Source of the DNA: Phoronis australis
Lineage: Eukaryota; Animalia; Phoronida
Direction of reading: 5' to 3'
Assembly (NCBI GenBank): GCA_002633005.1
Contig: NMRA01000490.1
Location: 230,170-294,169 of the forward strand
DNA length: 64,000 bases
Position 1 is the first letter of the stretch. The number at the start of each line of letters is the position of its first letter. Of the stretch, positions 41,415 to 54,000 are shown piece by piece. Both the position numbers and the translations under genes were made by a program. The notes beneath the pieces are model-generated. The model was not told the origin of the DNA and ran no database searches. It worked only from the letters and a program-made list of their open reading frames with translations.

Positions 41415-41441
41415 ATGTTTTACATGTATGCTGAAGCGTGG
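41415..41441 (+). CDS. Candidate alternative first coding exon (MFYMYAEAW, phase 0)
   Basis: gccgccATG Kozak; in-frame stop upstream; donor TGG|gtaatt. Confidence 0.35.
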
Positions 41442-42942
41442 GTAATTATGCCTTGGCAAAACATAAACAGTTTGCGTTGAAATTTTGGAGCGAGTTCCTT
41501 CCAGGCTTAGGTTTTCTCGATAAGATTTCCCGCTAAATTATCTTGTGTCATTGTCTGATGCATTTCATTGGTTCTTGTTCCTTTTCCTTGCCGATTTCAT
41601 TGGATGTCAAACCGGAAGCGTTGCAATCGTCTGCATCTGACACCCATTGAGTTGTCTCTATTAAATTCTTCAATTTTCGCCGTCATTATACAGTTATGTC
41701 CATCTGTAAATAATTCTGAATTCTTTCGCGTCTGCCCAATAATCTGAGGCAACGGCTGCATATAATCAGTTGAGTTTTTAGAAGCATCTTTGCTCCACGG
41801 TTCACTCTGAGAAGGAAACTATTTAACTTGTTCGGAAAAAGCTTCCTGGACGTATTGTGTGGATATTCATGATACTGTATAAGTGTTAACAGTTTGCAAC
41901 CCGTAATAAATCGTTTTGGCTTGAAACGAACAATTGCGCGCTCGTGAATTGCCACTATGTTGACGTTTACAATTTTATAGCCGTTATTTATCAAAGAATT
42001 ATCACCAACTTTTCAAAACGCGCGGAAAATTTGCCACGTGGTCTCCTATGTCACAAGAAGACAACGTATCAGTTGGTACTGGCTGACTATAGCACTGCGT
42101 ACTTCAACAGCGGATCAGCAGTAGTATATTCGTCTGAACGCCGTCGATTACGTCTGTGTCCTTCATCTTCCAATGACGGTTATTTCGTTCATGTACACTG
42201 CACCCATTCGTCCAACTAGTTCTAACCCTCTGTTCAATTCATTCGACTTGTCCACGTGTGACGCACAGTCTCTAGGCCCGTGTCAAACATGGGAAAATGG
42301 GGGAGATAAGTCTCATTTATTTCCAGCGTATCGGCGCATAAGTAAAATAAATTTCAAAAATTTAAAAGCCTAATTGATGTGTGTTATTTATGATACAGTT
42401 TCACTCACCTGACTCTTCTTAATTGTTTAAATGATCAGGACTTACAAAAAGTGAATAATTTGGAAGTGTGACTTTAAATTATCAGATGTAGTGGTTAACA
42501 ACAAAGCGTTACCGATCTCGTTAATATATCTTTCTGTCTATAATCGCCTAGGCTAGATTAATTATCTCGTTCCCAACGAGTACTAATTAAGAACGCCGCG
42601 CATCTTAAGTAGCTTATATTCTCGCGCCACCCTGTACTGATCCCGCGAGTGCGTTTGTCACTGCTGTTCATCGGTTTAACCGAACTCGTAATTTCGAGAG
42701 CCAAGTCTTCTTTTTCTGCCTGTGTGAGGCGGCGTGTTGCAATAAACAGAGATAAACTGTTTGCGTTGCACCTCCTAGTTCACGTAAGGAGTTGGCGTAC
42801 GTGTTGACGCGCTAACTATTTATTTAAACGATGGGAGTTTCGTTAGCGATTCCTCCAGAAGCGCACCAGATAGCGAGAGGCATGGACTGAAGGTTTGGTT
42901 GTTGGTGTCCGGAGTTGCTCCTGTTCCTGACTTTGAGTCGTA

Positions 42943-42975
42943 ATGGGTCAAAGAATATTACAGCCTAAATACACT
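42943..42975 (+). CDS. Candidate alternative first coding exon (MGQRILQPKYT, phase 0)
   Basis: gtaATGG context; consensus donor ACT|gtaagt; GC/CpG-rich leader at ~42600-42940. Confidence 0.5.
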
Positions 42976-43903
42976 GTAAGTAAATAATCCAAAAAGTTTT
43001 GATATTTTGCAGCGTGAGTCTTGTTGTCTTAATAGAAAATGAACACGCGTGCATGCATGCGCGCTCGTTTAGTATTCTTATTTCTGCATCACCAAGCAAA
43101 CATTAGATTGGTCACGTTTCGTTACAAGAAAGCTACTGACTTCCGTTGTTTGGGAATCTTCACAGGGCGCTATTCACGTTCTGGTACTGTCGATTTTACT
43201 CAACTTGCCGATGTTCGACATATAATTGAACCCGCATAACTGATTATAATTTTAACTGAGATGCACTGGGTTATTCTAAATGCTCACATTTAATAAAAAG
43301 GACAACGGATTCACGTGTAGGTGACCAGCTTAGCTTGATTGATTGCAAGGGCGTTCTCTCTACCAGGAGAACCTTGGCTCTTCAGAAAGATTTCCCTGCG
43401 TGTAGTCTTCAAGTGACTTATAAGTTTTGTTTTGGATTTCAAAATGGCATTACCTCTCCTCTTACAAGATAAACTCGTAGTGAATACAAGTCGCAAAATT
43501 GTTTGCCGGCGCCATTTTCGGTTTATTTCATGTGGCTGTTTTTTGTTTAGCTTTGTATCTATACGGAATTCGATAAATAAATCAGTCTAGACCGCCTATA
43601 TGTTTATGAAAGAATAGCTTTAAAACTTTCCTAGGTGTGATAGAACTTCAATTTGACCATCAAAATATATTGATGTATCACGTGTAATTAACATGAAGGA
43701 TGGTTTGGAAAGGTTAGTAAAGCTGCACCAAAAGCGTCTATCCAGTCTCCGATTTCCCGGTCGTGTGGTTCGTTTTAAGAATCGGGACTTACTTTCCGTC
43801 TAAGAACGGACAGGTTTTAAACTTACTTTGTATGATAGAACAACCTAGTTTATGATTGCCGTTCTTGGTGACGAGTGAACAAGAAATGTCTCTGTTAAGC
43901 AGT

Positions 43904-44047
43904 CGTTAACCCGCCTCCACCTGTTAACCCGTCTCCACCCGTTAGCCCGCCTCCACCCGTTAACCCGCCTACACCCGTTAACCCGCCTAGACCCGTTAAC
44001 CCGCCTACACCCGTTAACTCGCTTACACCCGTTAACCCGCCTACACC
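43904..44047. repeat. 18-bp minisatellite x8 (CGTTAACCCGCCTMCACC)
   Basis: Eight contiguous units with 0-2 substitutions each. Confidence 0.95.
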
Positions 44048-46893
44048 CCAAAAGCCACTTTTGATTTAGACCACTTACCGCTATGAAATTTGTCTTAAAT
44101 TATGTCTAATGTCAACTTGGAAAATGATATCAGGCTTTGAAAAATGTGCTTGTTATTGTTTGAGATCAGGTTCTACATGGTGACCTGTCACAGCAGTGCC
44201 AACTGGAGCGCTGAGGATTGTAATAACGAACTGTCAGACACGGGGGTCTGTATCTCGAAGTTTGTTGTCCTTAGCTAAAAGTAAGATATCTGACTGGGAA
44301 AAGTCAAGAATTGATTTTTTGTCTTTTGACTTAAGCCTTTAGTCTGCTTCCGAACAGTCGGATTTCTGTCGTTTGGCTTCCAGTTCTAAACACATTTTCT
44401 TACTTTCAGCCTTTAGCTTCTTATAAGGCTAAGCCACCGGTAGACTGGTTTTTAACCAAAAGTCAAAAGAAAAACGCAATAGACCCTTCGAGAAACAACC
44501 CCAGAACCATTCGACTGACAGCCATATTGCATTGAGCGCACAAATGGATTGTGTTTGAGGTTCTTCTGTTCTTCCTAGTCCTAGACATTATCTCTAAACT
44601 TGAGGTCTGGCACATGCTGATCTCAAACTTAAAGCCGTAAATGGCCCAATTTAACTTAGGATACTTTACTGCTAAAGTATTACGAATTGACTCTCGTAAC
44701 GATGTCCAATGTTAGCCGATAGGAAGTGCATTTCCGTATCCAACCAATTAGGTGCTATAGTTTATTCTACTGTTTCCGGTCAAGTTGATTAAGTGTTTTC
44801 ATGCCAACTGTCCTATGTGTGCAGGTGCGATGTTATGGTCGCTATAGTAACATTTTGAATCTCGGAACTCAAAGTGAGACGTTAATCGATCTTTTCACTA
44901 GTTGCGTAAACCTTTTCTTTTAAAAATATTCAGCTACCGAAGAGTGTATCGAAGGGCAGATGAGCTCTGCAACGTAGTCACAATGGAATTTGAATTTATC
45001 AAACTGAGCGGACTGCTTCAGTATAATTTCTGAAAAGAAAATTTTGCCTAATTGCTCTTCTATGCAGAACTGCTCTGTCAGTGTTTCGTTAATAAACAGA
45101 CATCGTGTAGTGCTACGAGTTTTTCAATATTCACCAAGTTAATATCACGTGTCAATGTCACGTGTCAATGAAGATGTTTAGGACTGCCTTCATGATATCA
45201 AGGTAATTGTTTTGTAATTTGATACTATACCCATCCATCCTTATCTTGTTTAATTTGAAATATTGGCCGTGCATGGACATCTATTTTCACCCTCTTAACA
45301 AAATTTTCCAGTTTCTCTCCGCTTAGGTAACTATGACAATTTTTTAACCACGTTGACGTTGATTGAGATCGACTTGCACCGTAATAGTACCACACTGGTA
45401 TGTATTTATTACTCGTGAGGAAAGGACGGCTGTACTATGCAGTTAACTCAATTGGTAAATTTACCATTCAGCCTGACGAGAAGTACCTCGGTGAATTCAC
45501 GGAATCAAATACTGGGCAGGTTTTATACTCGATTAAGCCTTGGTGATGAGATTAGTAATGACAGCTCTCACAGAAATATGTAATGTCTAACAGTGAGCGC
45601 CGCTGAGCAACATTGAGCATGGACCATTTCAAAGTAGCATAAAATAAGAATGGATCGGTTTGCTGAGCCACAGACAGCATCTACATGTACAAGGTTTATT
45701 CTGACCGCAGTATTCATGAAAGACAAGTGTTAACTTGTCTTGTTTCACAACTCGATTTTTGTGACTCGCGAAATTAAGGCGGCCATTAATCCAGCTTCCA
45801 CCACAAAAATATTTAGACTTGTTACCGTAATAAAAATGGCTTCAAATTACGTCACTGATTTGTGGGCTTTGGAAGCCAAGACTGCCGGTTCATCATTGGT
45901 TGAAATGCGAAGTTCACGTGCATCAACGTGTCATTTCATTCTACAAAATCTAACGAAGTGTTAGGTTTTTGCAAGACCAAAAAGCCATTCTTATCTAAAT
46001 CAGAAACAACTTCTCTCAGTTAAAACTTAGCTTCCTCAACGCAAAAAAAGGTTTATAGCCGTTTTAAATCAAACCAGTTGACACTCAAAATTGAGTGAAA
46101 CGGAATTTTCCAAAATCGAAACAGTGCTCAAGATACCTTTAGCTATAATTGCCTTTTGCTTCTGACACTTTCAAAATTCTTCATGTTACGTGCAAAAGGA
46201 AAACGGAAGCGAAGTTAAAGTACGTGTACAACCGCACAATTTAGGTATTAAACGTTGGTACCACACTTTTCAACATATGTCGACGGAAATTATCTTCAGG
46301 GAGATGAAAACGAACGTTTTGGAAGTAAGATGAGATGTGTCACAATGAGCTGTAATTACGAATGATTCCTTAGAAATTCTCTTGTTGTAAGAGAAGACAA
46401 CAGACTATTACTATTCATTAAAGGGAAATCGTCGGCGAAAAAAATGATTTTCTGTGATCAGGCCTCAGCGCGGAACCGGAACTTGCAACCCTCGCTGTCG
46501 CATTACATTTCAAAACTCCGCTTACAGAGTGAGTCCGACTCGAGAAATGACAGCGTATTTTAAGAGAATTTAACTAGTAATGTCTCTGGCCATTATGTCA
46601 TTGAATGATTGAAAGACTAGTTTGAGAACTGGCGATTTGTAATGAAATCACAAAAACGAAACATATTTTGTTGTTGTACGGCTCTGATCAATGCTAATGA
46701 CTTCAAGAAGTCTTTATCATCCAACAATTATCTAAAAAAATGCGTTTTACGGTAGTAAAATGGATTGTGTCCCTTAAGTATGCCAGTGTTGGATTTTGAC
46801 CATTTATTGTGTCCTTTTGATTAAACATTGTCTATCGGCTTTTAAAATACTTCACCTCTGACCTCCGTTTGAACCTTCTCCCGTCTAGCTCAG

Positions 46894-47044
46894 CCTCCCG
46901 TTCAGTAACGCTAGGACCTCGCTAAAAAGCAAGACTTCACGAGATTACGTGAGATATTACCGTGTATTTTAAATAAGAACGCGTGACTTTGACTAGGTTT
47001 TAGCTAGGTCCTAGCGTAGGTCCTAGCGTCTACTGAACGCACGC
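46894..47044. mobile_element. MITE family A, full-length 151 bp, CAG TSD (PIF/Harbinger-like)
   Basis: TIR core cgttcagtaacgctaggacct / aggtcctagcgtctactgaacg; TSD CAG at 46891-46893 and 47045-47047; empty site ctcaggtc at ~48626-48633. Confidence 0.9.
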
Positions 47045-47843
47045 CAGGTCAATGCCACAAAAATATGAAATAATAGAAAGGAAATAGTTTATTTTCGACA
47101 CTTGTAAGAAACAAAAATCATGCGTCACAAGCTCGTATCCTGGGATCCAACTACAAGTCTAGCATAATAAATGGCGTTCGCCATTACGGATTTTACTGGA
47201 CCTCGGTGTGACGTCAGGTTTTCAACCTGTTGTGTTTATTCGATAATCTTTACAGATCTATTGCAGGCGTTGCATTATTTTAAACAGTGGAATTGTTTGT
47301 GTTCACTGCGATGTCAAGTAAGCGATGAATTGCTTATGAGTACAGAGTTCAAGAATGAAGTCGAATACAATTGTAAAACGTGGGTTTTGTAGCTTAGTTG
47401 TTAGTCTGCACTTGTGCTCAAAACATTGATTACGGTAGATCTGTTCGGCTCCGTTAAAAGGGGTTGGCCACTGAGACGAATGAATGTCCGTGCATGAAAG
47501 CCTCGGCGAATGAAAAGCTGACCAACGCTTGAAATTAGAAGCATTGCTGGACTTCCGCGTTTCTGTGTAGGGCCTATATCGATACCGAAGTCCCGAAGAC
47601 GAGTTAAAGACATTTATATGGAGACTCAGGTTAGATTATCTTTTCGAATTGTTCNGCACTTTCAAAATTCTTCATGTTACGGGCAAAAGGAAAACGGAAG
47701 CGAAGTTAAAGTACGTGTACAACCGCACAATTTAGGTATTAAACGTCGGTACCACACTTTTCAACATATGTCGACGGAAATCATCTTCAGGGAGATGAAA
47801 ACGAACGTTTTGGAAGTAGGATGAGATGTGTCACAATGAGTTG

Positions 47844-48080
47844 CAGAGGCGGATCTACAGGGGGGGTTCAGGGGGTTTAAACCCCCCCCTCGGGACAGGA
47901 TCAAAAATAAAAACTGGAAAAAAAATCGCCAGAAAAACGAAATTAGCTACTAAAAATCCCAAAAAATCTTACACGGGAGGAGGGAAACCCTCTCGCGACC
48001 TTCCTTCTCCTCGGCGCTACGCGCCTCGGATTCTTTCGAATCCTAAACCCCCCCTTACTGAAATCGTAGATCTGCCACTG
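47844..48080. mobile_element. 237-bp MITE with a 5-bp TSD (AGTTG), hAT5-like
   Basis: TIR CAGAGGCGGATCTAC / GTAGATCTGCCACTG; AGTTG at 47839-47843 and 48081-48085; empty site atgagctgtaatt near 46345. Confidence 0.9.
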
Positions 48081-50966
48081 AGTTGTAATTGCGAATGATT
48101 CCTTAGAAATTCCCTTGTTGTAAGAGAAGACAACAGACTATTACTATTCATTAAAGGGAAATCGTCGGAGAAAAAAAAGATTTTCTGTGATCAGGCCTCA
48201 GCGCGGAACCGGAACTTGCAACCCTCGCTGTCGCATTACATTTTAAAACTCCGCTTACAGAGTGAGTCCGACTCGAGAAATGACAGTGTATTTTAAGAGA
48301 ATTTAACTAGTAATGCCTCTGGCCATTATGTCAATGAATGATTGAAAGACTACTGTGAGAACTGGCGATTTGTAATGAAATCACAAAAACGAAACATATT
48401 TTGTTGTTGTATGGCTCTGATCAATGCTAATAACTTCAAGAAGTCTTTATCATCCAACAATTATCTAAAAAAATGCGTTTTACGGCCGTAAAATGGATTG
48501 TGTCCCTTAAGTATTCCAATTAGCCAGTGTTGGATTTTGACCATTTATTGTGTCATTGTAATTAAACAATGTCTGACGGCTTAATACTTCACTTCTGACC
48601 TCCGTTTGAACCTTCTCCCGTCTAGCTCAGGTCAATGCCACAAAAAATATGAAATAATAAAAAGGAAATGGTTTATTTTCGACACTTGTGAGAGACAAAA
48701 ATCATGCGTCACAAGCTCGTATCCTGGGATCCAACTACAAGTCTAGCATAGTAAATGGCGTTCGCCATTACGAATTTTACTGGACCTCGGTGTGACGTCA
48801 GGTTTTCAACCTGTTGTGTTCATTCGATAATCTTTACAGATCTATTGCAGGCGTTGCATTATTTTAAACAGTGGAATTGTTTGTGTTCACTGCGATGTCA
48901 AGTAAGCGATGAATTGCTTATGAGTACAGAGTTCAAGAATGAAGTCGAATACAATTGTAAAACGTGGGTTTTGTAGCTTAGTTGTTAGTCTGCACTTGTG
49001 CTCAAAACATTGATTACGGTAGATCTGTTCGGCTCCGTTAAAAGGGGTTGGCCACTGAAACGAATGAATGTCCGTGCATGAAAGCCTCGGCGAACGAAAA
49101 GCTGACCAACGCTTGAAATTAGAAGCATTGCTGGACTTCCGCGTTTCTGTGTAGGGCCTATATCGATACCGAAGTCCCGAAGACGAGTTAAAGACATTTA
49201 TATGGAGACTCAGGTTAGATTATCTTTTCGAATTGTTCATTTTATCGCTCATCAAGCAGATCCTTCAATGGTAGTTGTAGATAAAGGTAACTATTGTATA
49301 AATTCACTTAAGTCACTTGTGTTAACAAGATGTGTTAAAGGCCGCCAGTTCGTCGAATTTAAACTTTTAACCAGGTGACCCGTCAATGTGAAACGTAGCT
49401 GTAAAATCCACGGCGATGATTTCCCAAAACTCTTGTTAAAGGGCCGTGTGGTGTGCACAGTTTGATGACCGTGACAATAAGACTAAAATGATCAACACAA
49501 CCCGACAAGAAATGTGGGAAGATTTATAATTAACCTCACGATTGGGTGTGTTGCACTTGTATCGTAACATAGCTGCTGCTCGTCGTCATCATGAAATTGA
49601 AGTGTTACATGATAAGACATGTAGAATTAACGATCGATGTAGAATCAAGAGAGCGAACTTGCACCCCTACTGGAACTATAGATGGCGCTAGTGAATTGAA
49701 TCAGATTTCATTTAGCTTCCCAGTTGTCACCGGTTACCAAAAAGCGATTTCTAACATGTCCATTGACGTTCTGGGAGGAAATATGTTCGAGTCGATGACT
49801 TGCTATTATTCTGCAGTCCTACATAGTTGCCGAGCCCAACGTAGTAATCGTGAAGTAGACGTTACGAAACATTGCCTCTAAACTTAACTAGCCCTGCGGG
49901 TTCTATGACCCGTTATAATTTAACAAGACCATCCAGCTTATTCGGCGCTATGATAACTTATGACCAGACAGTCCCGATTGTCGCGTGGCGCGCGAGTTAC
50001 ACGGGAAGCCTCGCGTGGTAACAGTGTCGCTATTCATTAATAAGATCTTGTTGATCTAGAGATGACGTCAATATCAGGACAAGCAGTCCGTTCTGTGTTA
50101 GTGTGTATCTGCTCAACCCTCCACTGTTTGTTCATGTTTGGAACAGCAAGCTGCCTACATATTTTGTAAGAACTCGACACTCGTGTACACAAACCAGGCT
50201 CACAGTAAAACCAGTAGCACAGGCTTCAAACACTGATGGCGAGGGTGATTTGGCCACCAATCTGAACCTGAAGTTTTGGGGAAACAAAAGTCCTTTTGCT
50301 GAAATAATGTATTAAGTTAGCTCTGCAGGGACATGGCTAATTAACAAATAAGTGTCTGACTTCTGTCGGATTCGCACCTTTCCAATGTTTTCGAATAATG
50401 TTATTGTAAAGCCGATATCGCTGCTGACGAAACTTGAGTGCGTCAACGATATAACTGGGATTTTGTTTTGTTTTTGCGTAGGATTTCACTAGTTGTGTGT
50501 TTTATGCTTCCCCGTTGCTATTTCAACTGGACGAGGCTCTATGCAGGTTTGCTTGCTTGTTTTACGAAAACCACCATTTTTAATAATGGAATAACAGTAA
50601 AATATCCTCCATTAAAAATAAGATGTTGAAAAAATATGAAAACTTCATAATCTCAAAGCAGCCTGTCACGGTTGTTTTTCGTTTTAAATCCAAGCCTTGT
50701 TACAGCCTATTAATGAACAAGCCTCCTGAGTGAACTCACTGCGGATCTAAGATCTAACGGGTAATGCAACCACGATTTCCGAAAGGAAACTGTTCGCGCT
50801 ACGCTACAAACGGCATGTTGGTGACACGTTTTTCCATGTTTTAATCAGTCGAGTCCGTAGGGGAACCTTAAATTCGTATGTCCGCTGTAGGATGCCCGCG
50901 TGATCTTAAGAAAAGTAACTTGAGTGGTGCAGATAGTACTGTTCATAACTACAACAAAACAAGTAA

Positions 50967-51035
50967 ATATTACGGAGTTATGATATTACGGAATTATGAT
51001 ATTACGGAGTTATGATATCATGGAGTTATGATATC
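50967..51035. repeat. 16-bp minisatellite, ~4.3 copies (ATATTACGGAGTTATG)
   Basis: Direct tandem repeats. Confidence 0.9.
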
Positions 51036-54000
51036 CCAGTAAAATTACTAGATATGTGCCACTTAACATTTTCGATGTTTATTAATGATTATCTCAACAT
51101 ATCAATTAAATTTCCAATTTCTATATGGCAAATTGTGAATGTGTTTCTTGTTCGACACAAAGCAATTTAAAAATAATTATATTTCACTGCCAAATGGCTA
51201 ACAACGCCATCTGTCTGCAACAATTTCTATATTGTGGTTTAGTTAATTGCTTAAAAAAGCTCGTGGATTTATGTCTCCTTGCTTTTGTAAAGCAAAAACT
51301 GACTGGGGGACACTAAAATTACTGCTTTTACGAAATGATTTATCAAGGAAGACACGATTGAACGTAGCTAACGTTAAAGGGACACTACACCGTGTCTAAG
51401 TCTTTAAGGCCAAAACTACCTGAACTGGTTGTGACTTTTTAAGGTGTTCTGCGTGAGCTTCTGAGGTGGAGGACAGAGCACATTGGGTGTGCCCAGCATG
51501 TTATGACGTCGGCTCTGCACCCAGATAACCCAGATAATTGCGATATTGTTAATAGTTCATATTTTTTAAACGGAAACAGTAAGGTGACGCCAACTGTAAT
51601 GAGTCAGAATCATTTTTGTACCCTCAGCGTCTCCTGACACCGACTGAAGTTGGTCCTTCTTTTTTCTTTTTATCCAGCGCCACCTGGTGCTAGGGGTGAG
51701 GTGCAGGTATCAAAACGAGTCGGGCTCAGACCAGAAGCAACTGTACTACTTTTTGTCTGATCATCAAAATGTTTCATACAGAATAATGTTCAGTAACCCT
51801 CTCCAATCAACAATGGTTAGGAGGAAAAATGAAAATTACTTCAAATTTGCGAGATATCTGCAAGCATAAAGACAGCTTTGAGGATTTACTCCTTGACACT
51901 GTTGGCGTGACTAGTATTGGCGGTGGTGTCGATCGGTATTAATGAAGCAACAACATGTCTTATGGAGTCGCGTAACAAATATAATCAAGTTAATTACGTT
52001 GCTTCCACGTACCTGCTGAATCAACGTTGGACCCGCGTGAAAAAGCTCATTGCACACTTTCTCGCGTTGTGACGTTGAAATGGTACTGTTAACTATTCTT
52101 CGTGTGAATGAAAATGTAAAAATGTTTCGCAGCGATTTAGATTCAGTACACGAACAAATTCATTTACGTCAGTTCTGAAGAAGCCTGCTGCGCCACCTCG
52201 TGTTTTCCTGCGTATATGTAAAATTCAATTACTCTGTCTCGCGGGAACTGGTATGTTGCATGCAGGAGTCTAAACGTTTTCTTTGGAAGTGAAAATTTTG
52301 GGGTTCACTTGGTCGATTTGAATATATTTTATTAAAACGAGGTCCTGAATTTTCAAGTTTCCATGTAAGGTTATGTTGAGTGCTACGCCAACAGGTCAAA
52401 GTTATCCAAATTCACAGTAAGATAAAATATGAATAAAACCGTTGATAAGTCTAAAATATCACCAGCGAGCTCTATTGCGACTGCAAGAAGTGTTCACTTG
52501 CTACATTTCACTACTCGAATGTTTGTGGCTTTCGCATAATAAACCCAAAACAATGTGAACAATGCTCTGTGCACTTTTTTAAAAGTTTATTTTCGAGAAA
52601 ATAATGTTTTTGCCCTGTAATTGCTCTTTGAACCTATTTATACATTTTGTTGTATACTGCTTTTTCTAGCTGAGCTTTTCTCAATCGATTCCTGCTTTCT
52701 TATTAGAAACTTATATTGTTCTGGGGAATTAGTGTTTAATCACCGCTAATGTATTTTTACAAGCTTTGGTTGACAAACAATAAGCAAAGCCGTATAGGTG
52801 AGCATTTCTTCCACTTAAGGCGGGTAAGTGCCATTAAAACATTCTATTACAGTGACTTCTATTGAACGAAACATAAGTAACCGCTTGATCGCATTAGCGA
52901 AGGTTTAGCCATTCTTGTACTCGTGGGATCTCGTGGCAGCTTTTCATTTTTAAAGCCTTAGAATTTCTGTTCTAAACACGGTACACAAACACTCGGCCCC
53001 TGGCTTACATTCAAGCTTAGAAGTTGATTGTTGGTTATGAAAATAGTCGGACTTGTAAGCGCTGGTAGTGTATTCAATTCGCCGACAATATACAAAAGAC
53101 GATATATCCTAAGAATCGCCAATCGCGAATTGATAGTGACTCTCATGGAACTTATATCGCTTGTAGACTGTTGCTTTTATAAGGCATTCACAGCTATAGG
53201 GCATAACATATGACCTATTGTGAAGTAAACGTTGATTAATGAAGATATTGTTAGTTGTGAACCATTATGGTTTTATACTGCGAACAAATCACATTTACTA
53301 GAGACCTATTTTGTAACTGAAAGTGTGCTTTTTTAGAGTTCTAACAAACATTGGCGTATAGTTGTACGGTAACATTGCGGCAGCGGAATAACATTGTAAC
53401 CCGATTGGTTGATCGCCACATTTCGATAATCTATAAGGCTTTTGTGTTCTCGTTATTTGAGCAATGGGACTCCGGCGTCGAGCTTGAAGCCGGGTGTTTT
53501 AGTGTTCTCTACTGAGTAAGGCCCGGGACATGTTGATTAGAACAGGAGGCGCGTATCTGGTGCTGTCCGACTGTCTCGGGTTTATTGCGACTGCATTTGC
53601 TGCCTGGCCAAGAAAGTGAAGTTAAACTTGTGCAAGAATCCAGGAACTCGCTCCAGTTCTTTTGCCTATTCATGAACAGCGGAATCGTTTACAGTTCCTA
53701 ATTAAACAAATCGTCTCCAGAGTCGTCGCTGGTTTCCGTTGAGGAAAACCAGGTTACTCGGCGCTTGTAATATACAAAAGAGGATCCACTGGGAACGCGT
53801 TAAAAGACGTTTAATAGGTAGGCCTGTAAGACGCCATTGACCACTTCTCGGAGCAGTTCGATTGTAATTGGCTCGTCCACGCAACTTGAGGAGACTCTGT
53901 TATATCGATCAAGCGCTACCAGGTTTGGCAAAGTCAAAACAGGTGTAAATTGTACAACTTAAGCGTTCTGGTCGTGCGCGGTCAGTGAGGCCGAATTAAC

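Larger units (their letters stand above)
46166..49238. repeat. ~1.5-kb tandem duplication (46166-47654 and 47657-49238) joined at an N; probably two haplotypes
   Basis: Near-identical colinear copies, N at 47655 exactly at the junction, scattered SNPs and indels, and one private TE insertion in each copy. Confidence 0.9.

Noticed and set aside
43845-44051. ORF with RRVNGC repeats, or a CRISPR-like array
   Set aside because: It is only the translation of an 18-bp minisatellite; there are no unique spacers, no cas genes, and the context is eukaryotic.
44478-44962. Possible MITE (tagacccttcga...tcgaagggcaga)
   Set aside because: The inverted repeat is only ~8 bp and no TSD is visible.
47171-49197. 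Duplicated 70-73 aa ORF pairs as paralogous genes
   Set aside because: They recur only because the DNA is duplicated or allelic; no splice or domain evidence.
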